Of a stretch of 64,000 bases of DNA, positions 43,841 to 56,554 are shown piece after piece. The translations under genes were made by a program, and so were the position numbers. The notes under the pieces were generated by a model that made no database searches, was not told the origin of the DNA, and worked only from the letters and a program-made list of their open reading frames with translations. This DNA comes from Octopus vulgaris (taxonomy: Eukaryota), in assembly GCA_951406725.2 (NCBI GenBank), contig OX597817.1:19406001-19470000 (forward strand), read 5' to 3'. Numbering within the stretch: position 1 is the first letter of the stretch; each line of letters starts with the position of its first letter.

Positions 43841-44340
43841 TACGAGGGGCGTTCAATAAGTAATGCCCCTGACCCACTTCCCATAGCAGTAGAGCAACGA
43901 CACTTGGCACAGTTATTAGTCTTTTCCTACATAGGAACTACCCAGAGTTATGCATTTCTCCCATCGTTTGATACAGCTCTGGAGACCGTTTTTGTAGAAG
44001 ACTCCAGCTTGGTCCTCCAACCACGACGTGACTTCAGAAATCAAGGCTGCATCATCTGGGAAACGCATTCCTTTCAAAATCAGCTTCATGGCTGGGAAGA
44101 GGTGAAAATCAGAGGGTGCAAGGGGAGGAGTTCATAGCACACGCCTGTGCTTCTGATCTGGCAACACGCGAGTTGTGGACCGGAGCGTTGTCCTGCAGGA
44201 GGAGGAGGCCTTTGCTGATCTTGCCCCGCCCCTTGATTTTGATAGCTTCTCTTAATTTCCTCAAAAGTGAAGCATAATAGACTCCTGTAATTGTGGTACC
44301 CTTTGCCAGGAAATCTGTCATCACTACTCCGTCCTGGTAT
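43841..44340 (-). mobile_element. Mariner 3' fragment with one TIR
   Basis: TIR tacgaggggcgttcaataagtaatgc. Peptide GTTITGVYYASLLRKLREAIK..LLLQDNAPVH. Confidence 0.9.
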
Positions 44341-44585
44341 ATTTTCTCATATACAAACACAGTAACACTTCCCTTATATATAACTCACTTCAGGGTCATG
44401 TTTAAAAGATAGAGGAAATTCTGTGTGAAAGGATGGCTGGATTTACATGGTATTCAACTGATATAACAATGAATTGGCTGTTTAACACACCCCGTTGAAG
44501 GACCTCTTTTCCTCAGTTTTTTTACTATATAAACATATACGCATTCATACAAACACGGAGGTATATGCACATATATACACACACT

Positions 44586-44654
<69 letters not shown>

Positions 44655-44702
44655 GTATATATGTGTATTGTATATATATATATAGATATATGTGTATGTG
44701 AT

Positions 44703-45093
44703 GGATGGAGATGGAAGCACTCCGTCGGTTACGACGATGAGGGTTCCGGTTGATCCGAATCAACGGAACAGCCTGCTCGTGAAATTAACGTGTAAGTGGC
44801 TGAGCACTCCACAGACACGTGTACCCTTAACGTAGTTCTCGGGGATATTCAGCGTGACACAGAGTGACAAGGCCGGCCCCTTGAAATACAGGTACAACAG
44901 AAACAGGAAGTAAGACTGAGAGAAAGTTGTGGTGAAAGAGTACAGCAGGGATCAACACCATCCCCTGCCGGAGCCTCGTGGAGCTTTAGGTGTTTTCGCT
45001 CAATAAACACTCACAACGCCCGGTCTGGGAATCGAAACCGCGATCCTATGACCACGAGTCCGCTGCCCTAACCACTGGGCCATTGCGCCTCCA
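44703..45093 (-). mobile_element. SINE family C, long form
   Basis: Head ggaggcgcaatggcccagtggttagggcagcggactcg...ggtttcgattccc. Confidence 0.9.
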
Positions 45094-45099
45094 CATGTG

Positions 45100-45141
<42 letters not shown>

Positions 45142-45148
<7 letters not shown>

Positions 45149-45751
45149 TCAATATAGGGTGGCAAAAAAAATTTTGTAGAATTCTTTTGCCACCAGCGGC
45201 CTAGTAGGAAAAAATTAAAATAGTCATAGACCATTTTTAAGTTCAACATCAACAATAAAGGAACGGCCATAATAGGCCATTCACCCACTAGAAATAACAG
45301 CCAAAGCTTCAACCGCAAATAAAAGTTAATTCAGTAAACCAGGAGAAAATTTAAAAAACATTTACCCTGTAATTTCTTATACGATATACCGTTTCATCTG
45401 CTGATTAATGGTAAACTAACCTGATTAAATTAAATCAAGCCAATCTTCCACAGGCCCTCAGATTCTTCAGTAAGAAATAGCCCAAGACGGAACAGATATT
45501 TTCACGAGGCATTTCCGACGTTGCCAAGTTTATATCTGACCTAAAATTTTCAAATCGTCGCACTCGCGCCAAATTTATCGGCAGCAAATAAATATAAGCC
45601 GTCGATTCCATTACGGAATTAACCAGAAAATTCATAATTAATCAATATAGGGTGGCAAAAAAAAATTTTGTAGAATTCTTTTGCCACCAGCGGCCTAGTA
45701 GGAAAAAATTAAAATAGTCATAGACCATTTTTAAGTTCAACATCAACAATA
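45142..45751. repeat. ~115-bp direct repeats bounding a ~610-bp unit (Penelope pseudo-LTR-like)
   Basis: 45142-45257 is nearly identical to 45635-45751. Flanked by (TA)n. Confidence 0.8.
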
Positions 45752-45778
45752 ACTATCAACTATATTTATTGTTGATAT

Positions 45779-46399
<621 letters not shown>

Positions 46400-46475
46400 A
46401 ATATTAGGGAATAAATCCAAATTTACAGGAAAAAATCAGATTTAGGATTAAATCCAATTTTATAGTAAAATATTA

Positions 46476-46673
46476 TATAATATTAATTAGAGACAAAACC
46501 ACTATTTTGCAAAACAAACAAGGAAAGACTTAATCAATACATAAAATTTTTTTATTTTTTAACTTTTTTTTTACTTTTTTAAAACTTTTTTTACTTTTTA
46601 TTAAAATTTTATGTATTGATTAAGTCTTTCCTTGTTTGTTTTGCAAAACAGTGGTTTTGTCTCTAATTAATAT

Positions 46674-46677
<4 letters not shown>
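46476..46677. repeat. Near-perfect inverted repeat (~72-bp arms)
   Basis: taatattaattagagacaaaaccact...cataaaattt and its reverse complement. Confidence 0.95.
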
Positions 46678-46734
<57 letters not shown>

Positions 46735-46739
<5 letters not shown>

Positions 46740-47425
46740 AAAAAGGTAATAAAATAAATTATTATTACCGGTGATCTAGCACAAAAGACATGTTAGCGAT
46801 TAGGCTATATGTTATTCATATATAAGTACATTAAAAGGCTTCTAAAATAAGAAGCAAGTACTAGATCAGAAAAAGTGGATAAATTCAATGAAATAAAATC
46901 AAAAACGTTTACAAACTCGGCTCATTTTATACTGCAGTTTCTTCTTTTTTTTATTTTATCCACTTTTTGTGATCTAGTACTTGCTTCTTCTTTTAGAAGC
47001 CTTTTAATGTACTTATATATGAATAACATATAGCCTAATCGCTAACATGTCTTTTGTGCTAGATCACCGGTAATAATAATTTATTTTATTACCTTTTTAC
47101 TATGTTTACATATTTCTCGATAAATTTTTTATCGTAGACCTTATACCAGAAACCCCTCTGTTTGTCGGGTATGTTTTGCGTCTGCGCAATGGTCTTAAAA
47201 GTTAGAGAATGCAAGTCGCTAGAACCGCACATGTTTCTAACGAAATGTACTTCTAGGATAACAAAGGCTGCTTACTGAAGAGTCTAGCCTTGGCAGATAA
47301 ATTATATTTACTGCTAAAAAAGACGAAACTGCAGTATAAGATGAGCCGAGTTTGTAAACGTTTTTGATTTTATTTCATTGAATTTATCCACTTTTTGTGA
47401 TCTGGTAATTGCTTCTTCTTTTAAT
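46735..47425 (+). mobile_element. Penelope-like inverted-repeat element with hammerhead
   Basis: 46735-46883 is inverted to 46955-47102, and 46845-46941 is inverted to 47325-47423. Flanked by (TA)n. Confidence 0.75.
47271..47340 (+). ncRNA. Type-I hammerhead ribozyme motif, intact core
   Basis: ctta-CTGAAGA-gtct[hairpin]agac-GAAA-ctgcag-TA-taag. Confidence 0.8.
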
Positions 47426-47628
47426 ATAAATATATATATATATATGTATTTATATGTAAATATAAATATGTATATATGTGTATATATACAAATATATATG
47501 TATGTATATGTATATATATATATATGTATTTATATGTAAATATAAATATGTATATATGTGTATATATATAGATATATATGCATATATATATAAATATAAA
47601 TATAAATATATATATACATATATATATG

Positions 47629-47683
<55 letters not shown>

Positions 47684-47994
47684 CGGCGCAAATATATTAG
47701 TAATATTCATTTCTTCCATGTTTGTCATGAAATTATAACTGTACATAAGCAAAGGTACATATTTAGTATTCCTATAGGAATACATTTCATGTAATATACA
47801 GACAAGATCAGATCAACTTACGATCTTACAAAAAATTTTACACGCTAAAATAAATGAAAAATTATATAAAAGCTGTAATAACTAAACATGACCTGAAGTC
47901 GGAAAATCTACAGAACACGAAAAGAAATATTTTGCGTTTTCAGAACAAATAAAAGCACTTAATTTTCTATATTTTTTTTTTTTTTTGGCAGCAA

Positions 47995-48270
47995 AAATTA
48001 AGAATCCAATGATTTTCAATGAAAAAATAATGTTAATTACGTAGAAATTCCAGGAAAAAGAACAGAACTGAACTGAATATAATTACGTTACGCAGTGATG
48101 AATGACGTATGGAAAAATAATGCAATTTTAATTTACTGTTGGTCAATGTTAATTACATTCTCAGTCTTTAAACAAACTATTTGTCAGTAGAAAATTGTAA
48201 AATTTGGCTCAATTTCGGCTGGATGCGTCTTTATGGACGTTAATTATATTGAAATAACATTATTAATTCT
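47995..48270 (-). repeat. Old duplicated segment, copy 1 (possible GPCR TM5 relic)
   Basis: Aligns by eye with 51725-52000. Minus strand reads CIIFPYVI. Confidence 0.7.
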
Positions 48271-48468
48271 CATTCAAGTAAACGCATTCATTGAATAATG
48301 CAATTCAAAAGCCTGTCTTTATGTTTTTTCGTTTCTCTTCAATACAAGCACGTAGAGACATTTTAAGTATTAAGTATCACAAATAAAGATTGCTTGTATT
48401 TCAAGAGTTTTATGTGATAGCATCATAAAGAAAAAAAAACCTCTTGTTGTTGATTTTTCTTCTAACGC

Positions 48469-48540
<72 letters not shown>

Positions 48541-49236
48541 GGTTGTAAATGTAATGATAAACAAGTTAGGCAAGTCGATTTAGATAGAATATCAAATACA
48601 TTTAATAGAAAAGTATACATGTGTATGGATATACAGTAATCCGACTTACAAAAATATAAATATCAGTAGAGAAATGGGTAGAGTTTTACCCCCCCACACA
48701 CACACACACATACGCATGTATATGTATACATATATATTGCAATATGTATATTTACACACACAGTATTTTTATCTAACACAAATGGAAACATTACTTATTT
48801 ATGCCCTACTTTTTCTTCGCGGACATGTTGCATACACTTATTGATTACATGTGTCCTATCACAGACAATTTCCTAACTCATCTACAAATACGTTTTATTG
48901 AACAGTATGAGCACATGATCTTCCACTCTACTCATAATAACTGGTGCCCATCACTGAGGATATAAATAATAGCCGAAAACCGTAACCGACGAAACACCGA
49001 TGAGATTCTGGCGGAACACTGCTGTTTTCGTAACGTCTAAGTTTCAATGAGAAATTTCTCGGAGACAAAGGAGAAAAAGGTTAGATCTGCTGTTCTAAAT
49101 TTGGTAGGCACCTTAAATGTTATATAGACGTTTACGTTAATTTAATGAAATTCGGATTAAATTATACCACGTGTATGATTATTTACACCTACATCAGCGT
49201 CTGAAACACAGTTACATATATATACTGAGATATATA

Positions 49237-50494
49237 TACGGGGGAGGGGCGGTTCAAGAAAGATTTTCCCTGATCTGCTTCCAAAGGACTAGGAGAAATG
49301 AAACATGGCATAATTAGTAGTCCTTTTCTACATAGCCACCACCAATTTTGACACACTACACCCATTGCTTTATGCAGTTGTGAAGACCGCGCCTCTAGAA
49401 GTCTGTAGGTTACGTCTCGAGCCAAGACTTTACCTCGGAAATTAATTCATCATCATCAGAAAAGTCATTCCCCGCCATTAAAGGATTCATGGTTGGAAAC
49501 AGGTGGAAATTAGATAGTGTGAGGTCGGGATAGTAAGAGGGATGAGGAAGGATTTCATAGCCGCAGGTGTGTGCTTTAATTTGGGCAACATGCGTATTGT
49601 GAAATGGGGCATTGTCTTGAAAGAAGCGGACATATTAGGTCAGCATCCCACGTCTCTCTGCTTTGATGGCATCGCGCAGTTTCTGCAGCAGTTAAGTATA
49701 ATATTCCCTGTCAATTCCCTTTGCCAGAAAGTCCATCATCATCACTCAACGCTGGTCACAAATGACTGTGAGCGTCAGCTTCACTGCTCTAGAATGGCCA
49801 CGAACTTTATTTAGAGGTGTTGTCATATTTCCAGTGATTCAACTGGACTTTAGTCTTAGATCATAGTAATAGACCTATGTTTCATTCTTTGTGTAAGTCT
49901 GCCAAAAAATTCCCTCCTCATTTTCTTGCCACGTTGGCAAATGAGCCGTAGAGCAATAGACTCGTTCCTGCTTCTGAAAATGTGTGATCCTCCACATGCG
50001 CTATTGGCCTTGAATGATTATTTCCTCGGACCATACACTTATCTTCACTTGGGCTACTTACGGAATACTTGTGCGGCAATCCTCTAAAATGGCGGCTTCC
50101 AATTTATGGACGGTGTCGTCATCAATAGCGGAATGTGGTCGTCCAGGAATAGGAGCATTTACTATTGATATCTAACGACATGTGAACTGGTGACATCAGT
50201 GCATGACTACGTTGTACGATGGTGCATCGTCACTATAAACTTCTTTCATCTCACCGACAATCTGTTTGGTATACGACCTTTTAAGTATAAAAATCTGATT
50301 ACTGATACGAATACAACTGCTTCCATTATAATACCTTATTCCACTCAGCAGCCGTAAAAAAACAAAGGAATACACGTGGAAAGGTGAAATTTACAGTGTG
50401 GCATGTAGAGACATAGATAATTGTACCTGTAGAAGTTCCGATTCCTGCAATACCCGGAAGTGTGTCAAGGACATTTTTAATGAATACCCCTCGT
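49237..50494 (-). mobile_element. Near full-length decayed mariner
   Basis: TA-flanked TIRs tacg.gggg..ttca at both ends, ~1.25 kb. Remnants VYSDDAPSYNVV, PGRPHSAI and FFQDNAPFHN. Confidence 0.9.
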
Positions 50495-50560
50495 ACATAC
50501 ACATATATACACGCAATCTCACCCCCATATATATATATATTTATGTACATACATACCTAC

Positions 50561-50748
50561 GTTCTATATTTTAGAGATGAGGAATTCTGTGCATTATTTA
50601 TACTATTTATATTGGACGGATATGTGTCCCACCTTGTTTGTTGTTACCACAACATTTCGGCTGATTTACTCCTCAGCCTTCATCAGGTGTCCTGGTACAA
50701 TTTTGACCCTGGCTCTGCGTTCTCATTCCTAAGGTATTTTTGCTGATA

Positions 50749-50821
<73 letters not shown>

Positions 50822-51090
50822 CATTATTATTATTATTATTAATTCAAAGTGATGCCTGGAATTGAACTCGAAATCTTGGGGTCAGTAGCCGGCGCTCTAA
50901 AACCTTTACGTAATTGTTAAGAGCGCAGGCTACTAACCCCAAGATTCCGAGTTCAATTCCAGGCAGTACCTTGAATAAATTCTACCTGGGCACCTGATGA
51001 AAGCTGGAAAGTAAATCAGCAGAAAGGTTGTGGTAACAACAAACAAGATGAGGACACATATCCGTCTAATATAAAAAATGTAAATAATAT
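50561..51090. mobile_element. Head-to-head dimer of a tRNA-head + (TAA)n + hammerhead element
   Basis: Minus copy 50561-50903 and plus copy 50916-51090. Each has a ..agagcgc.ggctact.accccaagatt.cgagttcaattccaggc head, then cac-CTGATGAA-.gctg...cagc.-GAAA-.g-TT-gtgg. Confidence 0.8.
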
Positions 51091-51724
51091 ACATACGTAC
51101 ATACATACATGCATACATGCATATATACATACATACATATACATGAAGACACTCAGAGTTTCCTCATTCGGGTTGCGTAACACTTTGATAACATCGAAGG
51201 ACAAAAAAGAACCCCCAAAAAATGCAGCACATGTCAGTTAATGTATATATACTTTACATTATCTTGTCTTCTTTCTGTAGTAAACTTAAGTAATTTATTT
51301 AAAAGAAAAAGAATTATATTCGGTTTCTACACATATTTTCAAATCACTAACTTGAAAACTAAATCCTTCCGTAGAGTGGTCGGTATTAAATTCTAGTCTA
51401 GGTACATCATTATATTCCTCACCTTCCAGTTAACGTGTACTTAGAGGTATTTAAATTAATTTTCTCAATTAGAAATAAATATGCTTCTAATAACACACTA
51501 AATCCATTATAATTATGAGAAAAATCAGCGTATTCTTCACTGCTATAATGTTTAAACACGCTGCATAAAGGTAACATTTACTATCTAAATAGGGTAACAT
51601 TGTTGCAATGTTTTATACGATACAGAATAAAATATGGTGTGTTTGCTAAGCGGAATGAAAATATTCATTCAATATTTTTATGAAAACAATAATGAAATTT
51701 GAAAAAGAAAAATGAAATAAAAAC

Positions 51725-52000
51725 AGATTACGAATCAAGTATGGAATTTTAAAAAATTAATTTTAATAGCATTGCCGTTTCCTAAACAAGAAGAAGAACT
51801 GATAAGAATTCAATTATACGCAATGAAGAATGACGCATGGAGAAATAATACAATTTTAATTCACTGTTGGTCAATGTTTATTATATTCCCACAGTTTACA
51901 CAAAGTAATTGTCAATAGAGTATGGAGGGATTTGGCTCAATGTCGGCTAGATGCATCTATATAAAGTGTAATAGGGTTGAATCAAAATCATTCAGCTGCA
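51725..52000 (-). repeat. Old duplicated segment, copy 2 (possible GPCR TM5 relic)
   Basis: Aligns with 47995-48270. Minus strand reads CIISPCVIL. Confidence 0.7.
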
Positions 52001-52122
52001 GTGTCATAAATATATTTAAAAGTAGTGTAATTACAATAAAGAGTAATGGAAATCCAAACGTCCTTCTTGCATTCGTAAAATGTAAACCATAGTATCGCAG
52101 GGTCCCCTTTGCATATTTTCGC

Positions 52123-52190
<68 letters not shown>

Positions 52191-52195
52191 ATACC

Positions 52196-52273
<78 letters not shown>

Positions 52274-52396
52274 CCTACCTACCAACCTATCTACATATCT
52301 ATCTATCTACCTACCTACCTATCTAACTACCTATCTATCTATCTATCTTTTTATGTATTTATCTCTATACATATACGAATATGCATACATGCATGT

Positions 52397-52512
52397 GGAG
52401 GGTATATCAGCCGAAACCTTGTGATAACAACAAACAAGATTAGGACAAATATCCGTCAAATGTAAATAATATAAATAATGTACATAATTCCTCATCTCTT
52501 AAATATAGAAAC
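52397..52512 (+). mobile_element. 3' half of the tRNA-head/hammerhead family
   Basis: ggagggtatatcagccgaaaccttgtgataacaacaaacaag...ttcctcatctcttaaatatagaa. Confidence 0.8.
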
Positions 52513-52524
52513 GCATATATGCGT

Positions 52525-52672
52525 AGGCGCAGGAATGGTTGCGTGGTAAGTAGCTTGCTTACCAACCATATGGTTCCAGGTTCAGTCCCACTGCGTGGCA
52601 CCTTTGGCAAGCGTCTTCTACTATAACCTGTGAGTGGATTTGGTAAACGGAAACTGAAAGAAGCCGGTCGTA
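52525..52672 (+). mobile_element. SINE family B, 5' half
   Basis: Matches the family B head and core. Confidence 0.88.
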
Positions 52673-52930
52673 TATATGTATATATATATATACTTACACA
52701 TACATATATAAATACATATATATTTCGATGGGTGAATGAATTATCCTACGTTTACCGTCAACATGGAAAATTCGATGAACCGATACCAGGGTAGCAAATT
52801 CACGTCAGAAACACGGTTGAAGCGACCTATCCAAAGGTGGAAACTCCGGGTTCATGTGCAGAAATTTGTGTGTTATATATGAATAAATAATTAAATGGAG
52901 TTGAACGACGATGTTAATAAAATTCCTTTA

Positions 52931-53012
52931 CTTTCGACATATGTTTCGAAGACAACATGGTTTTATTCCAAAGGAATAAACGGTGTAAGATGCAATCTTC
53001 TCATCAGGAAAG
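52931..53012 (-). ncRNA. Type-I hammerhead ribozyme motif, intact core, in a Penelope 3' region
   Basis: Minus strand ctttc-CTGATGA-gaaga[long hairpin]tcttc-GAAA-catatg-TC-gaaag, with perfect stems I and II and a palindromic stem III. Confidence 0.88.
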
Positions 53013-53286
53013 AAAGGGAGCCTCTCTCACCAACAAGACAATATAATGGTTACGATGACTGCCTACATGATAAACAAAATGTTAATAACTGTTTTAAAAA
53101 AACCGTTAATAGAATTGACGTCAAAGTTAGATAGTAGGAAGAGAAGAGTTAACGGAATAATAAATAGGGAACAAATAGAGAGGGAGGGGTACGTTGTTTA
53201 AAAGAATGTTCAAAGGCTTAGGAAAGGATTTCTCTATCGAAGTGAAGTGCACGTTAAACTAATTGTTCAAACTATGACAATCGAAA

Positions 53287-53700
53287 TCATTTATATGAGT
53301 AAAATGTATGTTTCTGCCAGTGTTTACCTCTGTACGATTTCTCTATAAGAGTGTTTACAAGTGTGTTTCTCTTAGAGAAGAGAATATGGAAGAGTTCAGA
53401 GTTGCAAATGTTACAACATCTCCTGCCCTTATCAAAAGGAAAGGATACAGACAGTATGAACCATTCTAACTTAAAATTTATATTATTGTCTTTAAGACGC
53501 CAAACTAATTTACTTAGCCCTGTACTATGTCGTTTTTTACTATCCCTAAATGATGAGTAATGGTTTGAAATTCTCTTGGATAACTGGGAAGTTGACGCAC
53601 CTATATAGAAAAAGACATCGGTACCGGAAGAAATTTTACACTGGTAAATAGAATTCTTAATCTTAGAATTATTGGACAAAAATTTGATTCTGTTGGGGTT
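53287..53700 (-). mobile_element. Penelope-like element GIY-YIG endonuclease domain (5'-truncated)
   Basis: SIYQCKI..FYIGASTSQLSKRISNHYSSF...STGLSKLVWRLK...LEWFIL...CNICNSE, an open frame ending in a stop. Confidence 0.88.
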
Positions 53701-53899
53701 GTCCTCAGAGATCGAAACGAAGTTTTTATTGCTATGATTATTGTTACTATTATTATCACCGCCAATAACAACACTATTCCTATTAGTATTAGTAGTATTA
53801 TTGTTAATACAACTAATAATACTATCAACAATAATACCGTGAAAGTGAGTCACCTTGGAAAATGCCACAGTTTATGCTAATATTATTTGAGCGCAATAC

Positions 53900-54275
53900 T
53901 CCATTAGAATGATATAATTGGAGCTTTTTGTTCCATAGTGACATATTATACTTTAAAATCTGAAATCACAGGAGAATTTTTGAAAATATCCAGCGATTTC
54001 AGAATCCACGAATGTGGTATGCTGTCAAAGGCTTTTTTGTAATGAATCCATGAAGAGCTGCGATTTCTGCGCTTGTTATGGCAGTTGTCAAGGTGATGAG
54101 AGCCAGAAAATTTGGTTCTCTGTCAATACCAGGGGATTTGCACTAATGAGCCTTCGTTGGTGCCCTCCTTAGACATCTTGTGTGCGTTTGATCCAGTCTG
54201 CATTTTCATTGTATGTTTTCTCATCACTCCAGATCCCTTTCCAAAAGTTTTCAACTTCTTCCATTAGGGGTGGAT
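53900..54275 (-). mobile_element. Dong/R4-clade LINE internal fragment (RT N-terminal region)
   Basis: EEVENFWKGIWS..YNENADWIK and WIHYKKAFDSIPHSWILKSL. Abuts (TAA)n/(AAG)n. Confidence 0.8.
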
Positions 54276-54345
54276 TTTTATTATTATTATAATTTTTCTT
54301 CTTCTTCTTCTTCTTCTTCTTCTTCTTCTTCTTCTTCTTCTTCTT

Positions 54346-54586
<241 letters not shown>

Positions 54587-54886
54587 TGCGTGTAACCATA
54601 GTGGTGAGAGAGGTAATTAAACTCTTACTATCTATTTATTTATATTTGGAAAATACCTATTGACCCATATGTAAACAATATTTATGAGTTTCGTCCTTTT
54701 TAAGCCAATGTCGTTAATCTGTGAAGATGATTAGCTGGTGTTGTTAGTCTTTGAAGATGATTAGCTGGTGTTACCGATCTCTGTGAGTGATTAACTACTG
54801 TTGCTAATGTTCAAAGATGAAAAGTAAAAAAATAAAATTTATAAAATAACTCTGGCAACAGTCCAGATTCTTATTAATCAGACCTC

Positions 54887-54943
<57 letters not shown>

Positions 54944-54973
54944 CAAACACATATAGGTACAAATACATAATAC

Positions 54974-55027
<54 letters not shown>

Positions 55028-55459
55028 CAAACACATATAGGTACAAATAGATAGATATATAATATATATGTATGTATATATTAAAGATTAATAAAGACGC
55101 CGGAGAATACCAAAAAGCAACTTATTGCCACAACAAATAGTATTGTCCCTCTTCGCTATTAATCTTTAATATATGTACCAAGTGCACCCTGGAATTCCTG
55201 GATGTTGATCAAACAATGAATGCATAGTATGACACCTAGTAGCCATAAGGGATGACGTTACTCCGTTGATACACGGCCTGGGACTGACCCGGAAGCAATG
55301 ATTCGATACTGCATTTCAGGCACAATTTCAAAACCTTAATTCTTTAAATTTCTCTTCGACTAATATATAAACGCACACACATACACACTCAAACACACAC
55401 ATACACACACACACACACACACATACACACACACAAAAATACACACACACACACACAGA

Positions 55460-55752
55460 AATAAATTCAACTGGATGAAGCAAATTTATCTGGGAGCTAA
55501 AGGATAAAAATATAAATTTTAATATTAAATGTGATATAATAGCTTCATCACCTTCTTATAAACGTAATGATATAAATGCTTTTTGTGTCTAAATGAGAAA
55601 TGTTTCATTCCTTCGGTTAAATACCCACTATTTAACCTTAGAGACAAAACACATAAATCTTGTTTACATATGGGTCAATATGTATTTTCCAAACGTAAAT
55701 AAATAGATCATAAGAGCTTAATTACCTCTCTCACCACTATGGTTACACGCAT
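55460..55752 (+). mobile_element. Penelope GIY-YIG C-terminal fragment with an inverted partner at 54587-54680
   Basis: NSTG*SKFIWELKDKNINFNIK..IIASSPSY. 55658-55752 is the reverse complement of 54587-54680. Confidence 0.7.
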
Positions 55753-55984
55753 TTACCCATAACCTATGCTATCACTTATATTTACTACGTTGTTGGTAAA
55801 TTAATCTACTTATTAACAGTGTCCATATAGTATTCTATTATTAATCCCATACTTTGATATTTTAAATATAGATTTCTATGCATATTTATTTTCTAAAATA
55901 AACCTTTTTTCAATTTACTTTAAAAAAACTCTTTTATATCTAAATTGAAATATTACCTCTCTCATTTTATCTATTCTATATTCC

Positions 55985-56241
55985 TTGGTCACAATGCGTT
56001 CGCATTGTTTTAGCCTTCGAATGACGCCACCCCGCTGGGTAAGCGAGCAGGCCAACAGAACAAAGAGTGGGAGAAAGAGTGGTGAAAGAGTACAGCAGGG
56101 ATCACCAACCCCTACCGGAGCCTCGTGGAGCTTTTAGGTGTTTTCGCTCAATAAGCACTCACAACGCCCGGACTGGGAATCGAAACCGCGATCCTGCGAC
56201 CGCGAGTCCGCTGCCCTAACCACTAGGCCATTGCGCCTCCA
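55985..56241 (-). mobile_element. SINE family C, short form
   Basis: Head nearly identical to 44925-45093. Confidence 0.9.
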
Positions 56242-56554
56242 CCCATTCTATATATATATTTTCCAATTGTTTTCTAATGCATTTTTGTTTACTTAATTTC
56301 CTAATAGTAGAGATTATTAATTTCATTTAAGATTGCTAATTTTTATTCCCACCTTATTTATTAATATTATTCATACTAATTTGCACACTTTATCTCCCTC
56401 CCCTAGATTTGCTATTAATATATATCTTCTTTCCCCCTCAGTATATTTCATTAGATTACTATTTTTACACATCTATTTTATTTACTTATTAAACTAATAT
56501 ATATATATTTATTTTTCAACCTTTATATCAATTATTATATATATATTTTTTTTC

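Noticed and set aside
53700-53868. N-terminal extension of the 193-aa ORF
   Set aside because: Low-complexity Asn-rich filler upstream of the truncated GIY-YIG domain, with no RT, so not an intact gene.
54721-54800. Repeated tgaagatgattagctggtgtt units as a CRISPR-like array
   Set aside because: Only two to three degenerate tandem units, no unique spacers, eukaryotic context.
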